Of a DNA stretch of 64,000 nt, positions 17,414 to 26,418 are shown in pieces. The stretch comes from Oscillospiraceae bacterium. GTDB lineage: Bacteria; Bacillota; Clostridia; Oscillospirales; Oscillospiraceae. The notes below the pieces were generated by a model. That model saw nothing but the letters and a program-made list of their open reading frames with translations. It did not search any database and was not told the origin of the DNA. The stretch lies in assembly GCA_017444665.1 (NCBI GenBank), contig JAFSWC010000066.1, positions 530-64,529 on the forward strand, in the 5' to 3' direction. Position 1 is the first letter of the stretch. Each line of letters begins with the position of its first letter. Made by a program: the position numbers and the translations under genes.

Positions 17414-19075
17414 TCAGTCTACTTCGGAAATAACCGGCAGGATCATCGGGCTGCGGTGCATCGTCTTGAAAAGATAGCCGGAAATGCTGCTCTTTACCTT
17501 GCTCTTGATCGCGCTCCAATCGGTGATCTTTGCTTTTTCACAGTCAAACACCGTCTCCATCGTAACGCGCTTGAGCTCGTCCATCAACGACTCCGCTTCC
17601 TTGACGTAAATGAAGCCGCGTGTAACGATCTCCGGCTCGCCGAGGATCTTGTGATCATAAGACGAATACGACATGACGATCACGACCATGCCGTCTTCGG
17701 CCAGCTTGTGGCGGTCGCGCATCACAACGCTGCCGACCTCGCCCACGCCGCTGCCGTCAAGCAGTACGGCGCCCGCCTGAACAATCCCGGCTTTGGCGAT
17801 CCCCTTTTTGCCGATTTCGATCACGTCGCCGTTTTCGGCGATCATGATATTTTGCGGCGCAACACCCATGATGCGGCCAAGCTCGGCATGCTTGACAAGC
17901 ATCCTGTACTCGCCGTGGACGGGGATAAAATACTTCGGTCTTGTCAGAGCCAGGATCATTTTATGCTCTTCCTGGCAGGCGTGGCCGGAAACATGCAGAT
18001 CCGTGTGCCGGTCGTAAATGACCTCAGCGCCCTTGTGGAAAAGCTCGTCGATCACACGGCTGATCGTCGTTTCATTTCCGGGAATGGCGGATGCGGAAAT
18101 GATGACACGGTCGCCTGGCATGATGTTGACCTGCTTGTGCTCGGAAAATGCCATGCGGTAAAGGGCGGACATGCTTTCGCCCTGGCTACCCGTGGATATG
18201 ATCACGACCTGGTCCTTCGGCAGCTTGTTGATATGCTCGATATCCGTCATCACGTTCTCGGGAATGTCCATATATCCCAGAACAGACGAAACACGCAGGA
18301 TGTTTTCCATGCTGCGGCCGGTAATGGCGACCTTGCGGTTGTGTCTGGCCGCAACCGTGATGATCTGCTGCAGACGGTGAACGTTTGAGGCAAAGGTCGT
18401 GATGATGATCCTCTGATCGCAGCCCGTAAAGAGCTTATCAAAGCTCATGCCGACCTTGCGCTCCGAAGCGGAGTGCCCGGGCTGCTCGGCATTGGTCGAA
18501 TCGCTCAAAAGTGCCAGAACGCCTTCGTTTCCAAGCTGCCCGAAACGGGTCAGATCGATCATGCCGCCCGAAATCGGCGTGACGTCGATCTTGAAGTCGC
18601 CCGTATGGATCACCGTGCCGAGCGGCGTACCGATCGCCAACGCGACCGAGTCGGGGATACTGTGGTTCACATGGATAAACTCAATCGTAAAGCAGCCAAG
18701 TCGGAAGGATGCCCCGACCTTTTTGGTAAAGATCTGTGTATTATATAACAGATCCTGCTCTTCAAGCTTCAGTTCGATCAGCGCCGCTGTCAGCGGAAGC
18801 GTATAGATCGGGATATTCAGCTCGCGCATCAGATACGGAACGGCCCCAATGTGGTCCTCGTGACCGTGGGTCAAAATCAGCCCCTTGATCCGGGATGCGT
18901 TAGCCTTCAGGTATGAAAAATCCGGCAGAACGATATCGACGCCGTACATATCTTCATCGGGAAAGCCCATGCCGCAGTCGACGATGATGATATCGCTTCC
19001 GAATTCGAAAACAGTCATATTCTTGCCAACCTCACCAAGGCCGCCAAGAGGGATAATTTTCAGTTTTGAGATCAT
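17414..19075 (-). CDS. rnj: ribonuclease J
   Basis: Start set at ATG 19075 (MISKLKIIPLGGLGEVGKNM), after GGAGGA. Contains the metallo-beta-lactamase motif HGHEDHIG, the beta-CASP region and a C-terminal domain. Confidence 0.95.
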   Translation of the reverse strand: MISKLKIIPLGGLGEVGKNMTVFEFGSDIIIVDCGMGFPDEDMYGVDIVLPDFSYLKANASRIKGLILTHGHEDHIGAVPYLMRELNIPIYTLPLTAALIELKLEEQDLLYNTQIFTKKVGASFRLGCFTIEFIHVNHSIPDSVALAIGTPLGTVIHTGDFKIDVTPISGGMIDLTRFGQLGNEGVLALLSDSTNAEQPGHSASERKVGMSFDKLFTGCDQRIIITTFASNVHRLQQIITVAARHNRKVAITGRSMENILRVSSVLGYMDIPENVMTDIEHINKLPKDQVVIISTGSQGESMSALYRMAFSEHKQVNIMPGDRVIISASAIPGNETTISRVIDELFHKGAEVIYDRHTDLHVSGHACQEEHKMILALTRPKYFIPVHGEYRMLVKHAELGRIMGVAPQNIMIAENGDVIEIGKKGIAKAGIVQAGAVLLDGSGVGEVGSVVMRDRHKLAEDGMVVIVMSYSSYDHKILGEPEIVTRGFIYVKEAESLMDELKRVTMETVFDCEKAKITDWSAIKSKVKSSISGYLFKTMHRSPMILPVISEVD

Positions 19076-19190
19076 AAATCCTCCATTCAAACAATTATCA
19101 CAGGCGGAAGACAGAGCGGCCGCTCCTGCCGCGGCTTATGTATCTCCGAAAAGAATTCTTCCCCTGTTCAGGCCGGTTCTAAACCGGCAA

Positions 19191-19790
19191 TTACATTTCC
19201 GTTCGGCCCTCGATTGCACGGTTCAGCGTCGCATCGTCCGCAAACTCAAGATTCGAGCCCACCGGGATGCCGTACGCCAAACGGGTCACTTTCACATGAA
19301 AGGGCTTTAACAAGCGGGAGATATACATTGCCGTCGCCTCTCCCTCCGTGTCGGGATTCGTCGCCATGATAACTTCCTCCACGCTTTCATCCGCAGCGCG
19401 GACAAGCAGCTCCTTGATGCGGATATCATCCGGCCCGACGTGATTCATCGGTGAAAGAGCTCCGTGCAGCACATGATAGGTGCCGTTGTATTCGCGCCCG
19501 CGTTCAATGCTCACCACGTCGCGCGGTTCGGACACGACGCAAATCAGGCCCTTGTTGCGCCGCTCGCTTTTGCAGATCGAGCACACATCGCCGTCGGTAA
19601 GGTTCTGGCAGATCCTGCAGCAGTGTACGCTTGCCTTTGCCTCGCTGATTGCGTCGGCAAAGGCTTTTGCCTCCTCATCCGGCTGGGCCAGCAGATAGAA
19701 AGCCAGTCTCTGGGCGCTTTTCTTCCCGATCCCGGGCAGAGAGGCAAATTTATCGATCAAGTTTTCAAGAGAAGCCGGGAAAAAAGACAT
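19191..19790 (-). CDS. recR: recombination protein RecR
   Basis: 199 aa. HhH N-terminus LPGIGKKSAQRLAF, zinc finger CRICQNLTDGDVCSIC and a Toprim domain. Confidence 0.96.
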   Translation of the reverse strand: MSFFPASLENLIDKFASLPGIGKKSAQRLAFYLLAQPDEEAKAFADAISEAKASVHCCRICQNLTDGDVCSICKSERRNKGLICVVSEPRDVVSIERGREYNGTYHVLHGALSPMNHVGPDDIRIKELLVRAADESVEEVIMATNPDTEGEATAMYISRLLKPFHVKVTRLAYGIPVGSNLEFADDATLNRAIEGRTEM

Positions 19791-19805
19791 TCTTCTATCT
19801 CCTAA

Positions 19806-20459
19806 TCATGCATTTCGGATCTCGCAAATCGCCTGTGCTCTGTTGTCACGGTTGAACACGGCGCTTCCGGCAACCAGCACGTTTGCGCCGGCTTTTTTGA
19901 CAAGCGTCGACGTTTCCGGGTCGATCCCGCCGTCAACTTCCAGCTCGCAGTTCGGATTCAGCGTGTCGATATAACCGCGGATCGTTTCGATCTTCGGCAG
20001 CATATCGTGCATAAAATGTTGACCGCCAAAGCCCGGCTCGACCGTCATAACAAGGATAAGGTCCACCTGCTGAAGAAAAGGCAGCACCGCCTCGGCCGGA
20101 GTGTTCGGTTTGACGGTCACACCAGCCTTTTTCCCAAAGCTGCGAGCCGTGGAAATCGCCTCGCGGATTTTTTCTTCCGTGTCGGCCTCGACATGAAAAT
20201 TGACAAGATCAGCACCGGCGCGGCAAAATGCTTCGACATAGCGGACCGGCTCCCGGATCATGAGATGGACGTCGATAAACATATCCGTCGCTTTGCGAAG
20301 CGACTTCAGCACCGGGATCCCGATCGAGATGTTGGGGACGAAGCATCCGTCCATAACGTCAAAATGGACGTAGTCCGCCCCGCCAAGCCGGATATCCTCC
20401 ACCTCGGACCCCAGCTTGGAAAAATCGGCGGAAAGAATCGAAGGCGCAACTTTGATCAT
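19806..20459 (-). CDS. rpe: ribulose-phosphate 3-epimerase
   Basis: 217 aa. APSILSADF, HFDVMDG, and VMTVEPGFGGQ. Confidence 0.95.
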   Translation of the reverse strand: MIKVAPSILSADFSKLGSEVEDIRLGGADYVHFDVMDGCFVPNISIGIPVLKSLRKATDMFIDVHLMIREPVRYVEAFCRAGADLVNFHVEADTEEKIREAISTARSFGKKAGVTVKPNTPAEAVLPFLQQVDLILVMTVEPGFGGQHFMHDMLPKIETIRGYIDTLNPNCELEVDGGIDPETSTLVKKAGANVLVAGSAVFNRDNRAQAICEIRNA

Positions 20460-20620
20460 TTCCTTCTCCTTTTCTTATCCATAATCGGTCATGCCTGCCG
20501 GCGTGATCGCTGCTTTCACGAAATATTATTTTATCACTTCCGGGCTCATCGGGCAATAGTAAAAATGCCGGAAATTCCTTGATTTCTGACGTTTTTCGCC
20601 GTTGCAAAGCAAAATTCGAA

Positions 20621-20652
20621 GTTCGTTTACGTTCCGTTTATATTCCGTTCAT
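20621..20652 (+). repeat. three helically phased direct repeats, TTC(C)GTT(T/C)A
   Basis: GTTCGTTTAC / GTTCCGTTTAT / ATTCCGTTCAT, read consecutively. The array ends 20 nt upstream of the -35 of the xpaC-telA promoter. Confidence 0.4.
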
Positions 20653-20672
20653 CAACGGCTGCGCCTTTTCTC

Positions 20673-20701
20673 TTGACGCGTTTGGCTTTTCGATATAAAA
20701 T
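20673..20701 (+). promoter_or_regulatory. sigma-A-type promoter of the xpaC-like/telA operon
   Basis: TTGACG (20673-20678), a 17-nt spacer, TAAAAT (20696-20701). GGAGGAG lies ahead of GTG 20733. Confidence 0.5.
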
Positions 20702-20732
20702 AAGACGATAAAAAAGGACGGAGGAGTTTCAA

Positions 20733-21512
20733 GTGCGCAATCGCAGAAGAGGCGGCGGTTTCCTTGCGCCGATCTATGTATTTGCTATCATATGGCTTTT
20801 CTCTTCCCTGATGTTTCCGCTTTATGACCTCTGGGGCATTTTACTGACACTTGGATTGTGCTCTCTCGGCGCTTTCATTGCCGGAAAGGCATCGGCAAAG
20901 CGCGCTATGAAGAAACAGCAGGAAGAAGCGGAAAAGGCAGCGCAGGAAGCGGCAAAAGCAGCGCAGGCGGCCCGCAGCAACCCGAAGAAAAAAAGCTACG
21001 GCCCCGAGGTCGATTCCATTATGGAAGAGGGCAATCGTGCGCTGAGCGAGATGGGCCGGCTGTATATGTCGATCAAGGATACTCAGGTCCGCGGCAAAAT
21101 CAACGAGATCATGCGCATCACCGACAAGATCACGCAGGATGCCATCGACGATCCGAAAGATATTCCCCAGATCAAGAAATTTATGAATTACTATCTGCCC
21201 ACCACGATCAAGCTGCTCAACGCTTATGATCGGATGAGCTCGCTCGGCATCGAGGGCGAAAACCTGGACAAGAGCATGAAGAACATCAACGAAATGCTCG
21301 ATGCCGCGATCGTTGCCTATAAAAAGCGTCTGGACTCTTTGTTTGCCAATCAGGCGCTTGATATAGAAACCGATATTGAAGTCATGAATACCATGCTCGC
21401 GCGCGAAGGTCTTGCCGGCGTAAGCGATTTTGACGTCAGCGCGCAGGAAGACAAGCTTAAGCGGGAGCAGCAGACCACGGGGCAGGGCATGCTTCAGCAG
21501 ATGCCTCAATAA
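20733..21512 (+). CDS. XpaC-like (5-bromo-4-chloroindolyl phosphate hydrolysis family) membrane protein
   Basis: 259 aa, GTG start. Two N-terminal TM helices, then a coiled region with FMNYYLPTTIKLLNAYDRM. This is the usual partner gene of telA. Confidence 0.75.
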   Translation: MRNRRRGGGFLAPIYVFAIIWLFSSLMFPLYDLWGILLTLGLCSLGAFIAGKASAKRAMKKQQEEAEKAAQEAAKAAQAARSNPKKKSYGPEVDSIMEEGNRALSEMGRLYMSIKDTQVRGKINEIMRITDKITQDAIDDPKDIPQIKKFMNYYLPTTIKLLNAYDRMSSLGIEGENLDKSMKNINEMLDAAIVAYKKRLDSLFANQALDIETDIEVMNTMLAREGLAGVSDFDVSAQEDKLKREQQTTGQGMLQQMPQ

Positions 21513-21530
21513 CAGAAAGGAAAAGTCATT

Positions 21531-22685
21531 ATGAGCGAAGAAGAAAAAAGCTATGTCCCCAGCCTGACTCTCGAGCCGAACGCCCAGGCGGTTGCCGCGG
21601 CTGTCGAAGAGCAGAAAGAAGAAGTCCAGGAAGAGATCCCCGTCGAACGTCCGGAGCTGGAAAAGCTCTCCCCTGCCGAGCAGGCCGCCGTTAAGGAGTT
21701 CTCGAAAAAGATCGACATCCTCAACACCGAGCAGGTCCTCAACTACGGCAGCAACGCCCAGAAAAACATTTCCGAGTTTTCAGATTCCGCGCTCAATGCC
21801 GTCCGCACAAAGGATCTGGGCGAGGTCGGCACGATGCTCAGCGATCTCGTTGTCGAGCTCAAGGGCATGAATTTTGACCCTGAACAGAAAAAAGGCCTCC
21901 TCGGTCTGTTCAACAAGGCCAAGCAGGATATTGCCTCCGTCAAGGCCCAGTATGACAAGGCAGAGGTAAATGTCGACAAGATCGTCGAGCAGCTTGAACG
22001 CCATGAGGTCACCCTTCTCAAGGACATCAGCCTGATGGACAAGATGTATGAGAAGAACCAGGAGTATATGAAAGAGCTGACGATGTATATTATCGCCGGC
22101 AAGCTGCGCATCGAAGAGCTTCGCTCCGTCGATCTGCCCGAAATGCAGCGCAAAGCGCAGGAATCCGGCCTTCCCGAGGACGCCCAGGCCGCAAACGACT
22201 TTGCCAACATGATCGGACGCTTTGAGAAGAAGATCCACGACCTTGAACTGACACGTACGATCTCGCTGCAGATGTCGCCGCAGATCCGCATGATCCAGAA
22301 CAACGACACTCTCATGAGCGAGAAGATCCGCTCCTCCATTGTCAATACCATTCCGCTTTGGAAGAGCCAGATGGTCCTGGGTCTTTCCATGTATCACTCC
22401 GAAGAGGCTATGAAAGCGCAGCGCGAGGTGACCGATGTGACCAACCAGCTTCTCGAAAGCAACGCAAAGAAGCTCCATCAGGGCAGCGTTAACGTCGCCA
22501 AGGAATCCGAGCGCGGCATCGTTGACATCGAAACGCTCAAGAAGACCAACCAGGAACTGATCGCCACGCTCGACGAAGTCCGTCAGATCCAGGACGACGG
22601 CCGGATTAAGCGTCAGCAGGCCGAGGAAGAGCTTGGCCGCATCGAAGGCCAGCTTAAGCAGAAGCTTCTTGAAATGAAGGGCTGA
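21531..22685 (+). CDS. telA: TelA/YaaN-family toxic anion resistance protein
   Basis: 384 aa, all-helical. QVLNYGSNAQKNISEFSD... and the length match the TelA family. Confidence 0.85.
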   Translation: MSEEEKSYVPSLTLEPNAQAVAAAVEEQKEEVQEEIPVERPELEKLSPAEQAAVKEFSKKIDILNTEQVLNYGSNAQKNISEFSDSALNAVRTKDLGEVGTMLSDLVVELKGMNFDPEQKKGLLGLFNKAKQDIASVKAQYDKAEVNVDKIVEQLERHEVTLLKDISLMDKMYEKNQEYMKELTMYIIAGKLRIEELRSVDLPEMQRKAQESGLPEDAQAANDFANMIGRFEKKIHDLELTRTISLQMSPQIRMIQNNDTLMSEKIRSSIVNTIPLWKSQMVLGLSMYHSEEAMKAQREVTDVTNQLLESNAKKLHQGSVNVAKESERGIVDIETLKKTNQELIATLDEVRQIQDDGRIKRQQAEEELGRIEGQLKQKLLEMKG

Positions 22686-22686
22686 T

Positions 22687-23058
22687 ATGAAGCTGTTCAA
22701 AAACCCGGTCTTTGCCGTTGTATTCTGCGCATTTCTGATCGTTCTCTCCACTTGTCTGAATGCCAAAATCAAAATGGAGAAGAGATACGACCGCGTCTGT
22801 GACGAGGTCTTTGAGGAGATCGATGAGTTTGCGGAAAAAAACGATCTGACAGAGCTGCGTGTTCAGGCGCGCGGCACGCTTCTCAGCGGCGACTATGATT
22901 CTCTGATCAAAAGCTATCAGGCAGTTGTCGCTTCCGGCGCAAAGCTGTCTCATGTTGACGACGTGGACGACGCGATCCGCAGCTACAACAAATTTCTTCG
23001 CAAAACAACGCGTTTCCCCGCCAGCTATTTTGTCGAGCTGCTCCATATCACATTTTAA
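22687..23058 (+). CDS. membrane-anchored helical protein, short LemA-like (tentative)
   Basis: 123 aa. The start lies 1 nt after the telA stop. N-terminal TM anchor. The C-terminus AIRSYNKFLRKTTRFPASYFVELL resembles the LemA YN...FP motif. Confidence 0.55.
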   Translation: MKLFKNPVFAVVFCAFLIVLSTCLNAKIKMEKRYDRVCDEVFEEIDEFAEKNDLTELRVQARGTLLSGDYDSLIKSYQAVVASGAKLSHVDDVDDAIRSYNKFLRKTTRFPASYFVELLHITF

Positions 23059-23068
23059 GAGGTAATCC

Positions 23069-23548
23069 ATGTCCATAGAAAAAGGCCGCGCTTATTTCCG
23101 TGCTCTCGGCATGGAAGATCGCGTGATCGAATTTACCGTTTCTTCCGCTACTGTCGATCTGGCTGCCCAGGCGCTGGGTGTTGACGGCGCGCGGATCGCC
23201 AAAACGCTTTCCTTCAAAACGGCAGACGGCTGCATGCTCATTCTTGCCGCCGGCGACGCCAGGATCGATAATCACAAGTTCAAGGACAGGTTTCATCTGA
23301 AAGCTAAAATGCTCTCACCCGACGAGGTGCTTGAGATGGTCGGCCACCCCGTAGGCGGCGTATGCCCCTTTGGTATCAATGAGGGCATTCCGGTCTACCT
23401 TGATGTCAGTCTCCGGCGCTTTAAAACCGTCTTTCCCGCCGTCGGCAGCGGCAGCAGTGCGATCGAACTGGACCTTGACGAGCTTTATCGCTATTCCAAC
23501 GCCCTCGAATGGATCGACGTGTGTAAACTTCCGGAGGAATCTGTCTAA
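23069..23548 (+). CDS. YbaK/EbsC/ProX-type aminoacyl-tRNA deacylase domain protein
   Basis: 159 aa. KTLSFK...LILAAGD and GGVCPFG match the YbaK fold motifs. Confidence 0.72.
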   Translation: MSIEKGRAYFRALGMEDRVIEFTVSSATVDLAAQALGVDGARIAKTLSFKTADGCMLILAAGDARIDNHKFKDRFHLKAKMLSPDEVLEMVGHPVGGVCPFGINEGIPVYLDVSLRRFKTVFPAVGSGSSAIELDLDELYRYSNALEWIDVCKLPEESV

Positions 23549-23567
23549 ACATTCACATTATATTTGT

Positions 23568-23607
23568 GCAGCACCGCATAAAAAGCGGTGCTGCTTTTTA
23601 TTTTTTT
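23568..23607 (+). terminator. rho-independent terminator after the ybaK-like gene
   Basis: GCAGCACCGC (23568-23577), a 7-nt loop, GCGGTGCTGC (23585-23594), then TTTTTATTTTTTT. Confidence 0.85.
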
Positions 23608-23709
23608 CGTGACTTTTCAACGAAGCTATGCTAAGATAAAATGGATTAGAAATGGGATCATTTCTTATATAAAGAGGGACAAACATATTACTTTGGAGGG
23701 TAGAACACT

Positions 23710-26418
23710 ATGGCAAGAGAGATTCTGTTCGATCTCGGCAAAATGATCACGGACCGTCTCCCGTATAAGTTCGGCATCAAACGTCTGACGGAAAACGACC
23801 CGGAGTACATTATTCTTGACCGCGCATGCTCCAGCGATGAAATTGCTGAAATCATGCTGAAAATGGAGCTTCGCAAACCCAAAACCACGGCGGAAATTGC
23901 AAAGCTCACCGGCAAATCCGAAGAACGCATCGTCGAATTGCTGACCGATGCGGCCAATCACGGCATTGTCGAATACAACTATGAGAACCCCAATCACGAA
24001 AAGCAGTGGTACGTCCAGCTGTTCGTTCCCGGCATTGCCGAGATGACGAACATGGTTCTCTGGCAGGTCGAAAAGTACCCCGAGCTGGCCGACAGCTTTA
24101 ACAAGATGACCTTCCTTCCGCTTGAAGGAAAGACGCATCTGATCCCTCCCGGCGGTGACGGCGTCGGTATGCACGTTATCCCCGTAGAAAAAGCGATTCC
24201 CGCAAAGAACGAGTCTGCCTCCATTGAGCATATCTCCCACTGGCTCGACAAGTACGACGGCCACTTCTCCGTCGGCTACTGCTCCTGCCGCAACGCCCGT
24301 CGTCTGTTTGGCGAGGGCTCCGGCGAAATCCAGGATGACTGTTGCATCGGTCTCGGCGATTTTGCCGATTATCTTGTTGAAACGGGCAAGGGCCGCTACA
24401 TCACGCGTGAAGAAGTCCTGCAGATTTGCCAGCGCGCCGAGGACAACGGCTATGTCCACCAGGTCACGAATATCGACGGCTCGGACAAGATCTTTGGTCT
24501 TTGCAACTGCGACCTCGGCGTCTGCTTCGCCCTTCGCACCAGCCAGTATTTCAACACGCCCAACCTCTCCGCTTCCGCTTATCGCGCCCATGTCGACAAG
24601 GACAACTGTGTTGCCTGCGGCAAATGCGTCGAGGTCTGCCCGGCCGGCGCCGTCAAGCTCGGTCAGAAGCTCTGCACCAAAAACGGCGATGTCGAGTATC
24701 CCAAGCAGGAGCTTCCCACCGGCCTGAAATGGGGAAAGGACAAGTGGAATCCCGACTATGTCACCGACAACCGCAAGAACTGCCACGAGTCCGGCACCGC
24801 TCCGTGCAAGACTGCATGCCCGGCTCATATCGCCATCCAGGGCTATATTAAGCTTGCCAAGGAAGGCCGTTACCTGGATGCTCTCAAGCTCATCAAGCAG
24901 GACAACCCCTTCCCCTCCGTCTGCGGCTATGTCTGCAACCGTCGCTGTGAGGACGCCTGCACCCGCGGCTCGCTCGACAAGGCTCTCGCCATCGACGAGA
25001 TCAAAAAGTTCATAGCCGAGCAGGATCTCAAGAGTGCCGAGCGCTACATTCCCGAAAAACTTTACCGTCGCCCCGTCGATATCCCTTATGAGCAGAAGAT
25101 CGCCATCATCGGCGCCGGCCCTGCCGGCCTGAGCTGCGCCTACTATCTGGCGCGCATGGGCTACACCAACGTCACGGTCTTTGACCGCAACCCTGCTCCC
25201 GGCGGCATGCTCGTCATGGGCATCCCCAGCTACCGTCTTGACCGCAGCGCGCTCAAGGGAGAGATCGAGGTCCTTGAAAAGATGGGCGTCCACTTCCGCA
25301 TGAACACCGAAATCGGCAAGGACATCACGATCCAGCAGCTTCGCGACGAAGGCTACAAGGGCTTTTATGTCGCTATCGGCGCGCAGAAGAGCTCCAAGCT
25401 CCGCATCCCCGGCGAAGATCTTGCCGGTGTTTACGGCGGCGTCGACTTCCTGCGCGAGGTCAACCTCGGCAACAAGCCCGAGATCGGGAAGAAGTGCGCT
25501 GTCATCGGCGGCGGAAACGTTGCGATGGACGTCTGCCGCACAGCTGTCCGTCTCGGCGCAGAGACAACTGTCATCTACCGCCGCAGCGAAGACGAAATGC
25601 CCGCCGACAAGGAAGAAGTCGCCGAAGCCCGCGAAGAGGGCGTGAAGTTCTGCTTCCTCAACGCACCCGTCGAGATCCTCGGCAATGACGGCAAGGTCTG
25701 CGGCCTCAAGGTCGAGATCATGGAGCTTGGCGAGCCGGATGAAAAGGGCCGCCGCTCCCCTGTCGGCACCGGCAAGTTTGAGACCATCGAGGTCGATTCC
25801 GTTCTCGCAGCCGTCGGTCAGTCCATCGACTGGGGCACGCTGGATATCGGCGAGCTCAAGACCGGCAAGAAGGGCAATGCGATCGCGGATCCCGTTACCT
25901 ATCAGACTGAGCAGAAGGATATCTTCGTCGGCGGCGACGTCTACACCGGTCCGAAGTTCGCGATCGACGCGATCGCTGCCGGCCGTGAAGGCGCCGAGTC
26001 TCTCCACCGCTTTGTCAACGAAGGACAGAGCCTTACGATTGGCCGCAACCTGCGCGAGTTCTATGAGCTTGACAAGGATAACCTCCTGATCGAAATGGAT
26101 TGCTTCGACCGTCCCGCCCGCCAGGCGATCTGCCACGACGCCAGCAAGGCCAAGACCTTCGAGCACGACCGTCTCACCTTCACGGAAGAGCAGGTCAAGG
26201 CGGAAGCCAGCCGCTGCCTCGGCTGCGGTGTCAGCGTCGTCGACAGAAACCGCTGCATTGGCTGCGGTCTGTGCACCACCAGATGCATGTTTGACGCGAT
26301 CCACCTGCAGCGCGACGTTCCCGAAGCCTCCACGATGGTCCGTTGCGAGGATAAGGTCGGCCCGATGCTCAAGTATGTTGCCAAGCGCGCCATCAAGATC
26401 AATCGTAAGGAAAAGTAA
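23710..26418 (+). CDS. multi-domain Fe-S flavoprotein: Cys-rich N-domain, ferredoxin, GltD/SudA-like NAD(P)H:FAD oxidoreductase and a C-terminal ferredoxin
   Basis: 902 aa. Cys-rich GYCSCRN...DDCCIG...GLCNCDLGVC. Ferredoxin motif CVACGKCVEVCP. GltD-type cluster PCKTACPAHI...VCGYVCNRRCEDAC. Dinucleotide folds IAIIGAGPAGLSCA and CAVIGGGNVAMDV. C-terminal CLGCG...CIGCGLCTTRC. Confidence 0.85.
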   Translation: MAREILFDLGKMITDRLPYKFGIKRLTENDPEYIILDRACSSDEIAEIMLKMELRKPKTTAEIAKLTGKSEERIVELLTDAANHGIVEYNYENPNHEKQWYVQLFVPGIAEMTNMVLWQVEKYPELADSFNKMTFLPLEGKTHLIPPGGDGVGMHVIPVEKAIPAKNESASIEHISHWLDKYDGHFSVGYCSCRNARRLFGEGSGEIQDDCCIGLGDFADYLVETGKGRYITREEVLQICQRAEDNGYVHQVTNIDGSDKIFGLCNCDLGVCFALRTSQYFNTPNLSASAYRAHVDKDNCVACGKCVEVCPAGAVKLGQKLCTKNGDVEYPKQELPTGLKWGKDKWNPDYVTDNRKNCHESGTAPCKTACPAHIAIQGYIKLAKEGRYLDALKLIKQDNPFPSVCGYVCNRRCEDACTRGSLDKALAIDEIKKFIAEQDLKSAERYIPEKLYRRPVDIPYEQKIAIIGAGPAGLSCAYYLARMGYTNVTVFDRNPAPGGMLVMGIPSYRLDRSALKGEIEVLEKMGVHFRMNTEIGKDITIQQLRDEGYKGFYVAIGAQKSSKLRIPGEDLAGVYGGVDFLREVNLGNKPEIGKKCAVIGGGNVAMDVCRTAVRLGAETTVIYRRSEDEMPADKEEVAEAREEGVKFCFLNAPVEILGNDGKVCGLKVEIMELGEPDEKGRRSPVGTGKFETIEVDSVLAAVGQSIDWGTLDIGELKTGKKGNAIADPVTYQTEQKDIFVGGDVYTGPKFAIDAIAAGREGAESLHRFVNEGQSLTIGRNLREFYELDKDNLLIEMDCFDRPARQAICHDASKAKTFEHDRLTFTEEQVKAEASRCLGCGVSVVDRNRCIGCGLCTTRCMFDAIHLQRDVPEASTMVRCEDKVGPMLKYVAKRAIKINRKEK

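Noticed and set aside
23665-26304. 879-aa ORF on the minus strand opposite the Fe-S flavoprotein gene
   Set aside because: It is in the codon-aligned antisense frame: its triplets are exact reverse complements of the sense codons. It therefore stays open simply because the sense gene avoids TTA, CTA and TCA codons. The product is a low-complexity A/G/D/V/L string with no motifs. The plus-strand product has many recognisable Fe-S and FAD motifs.
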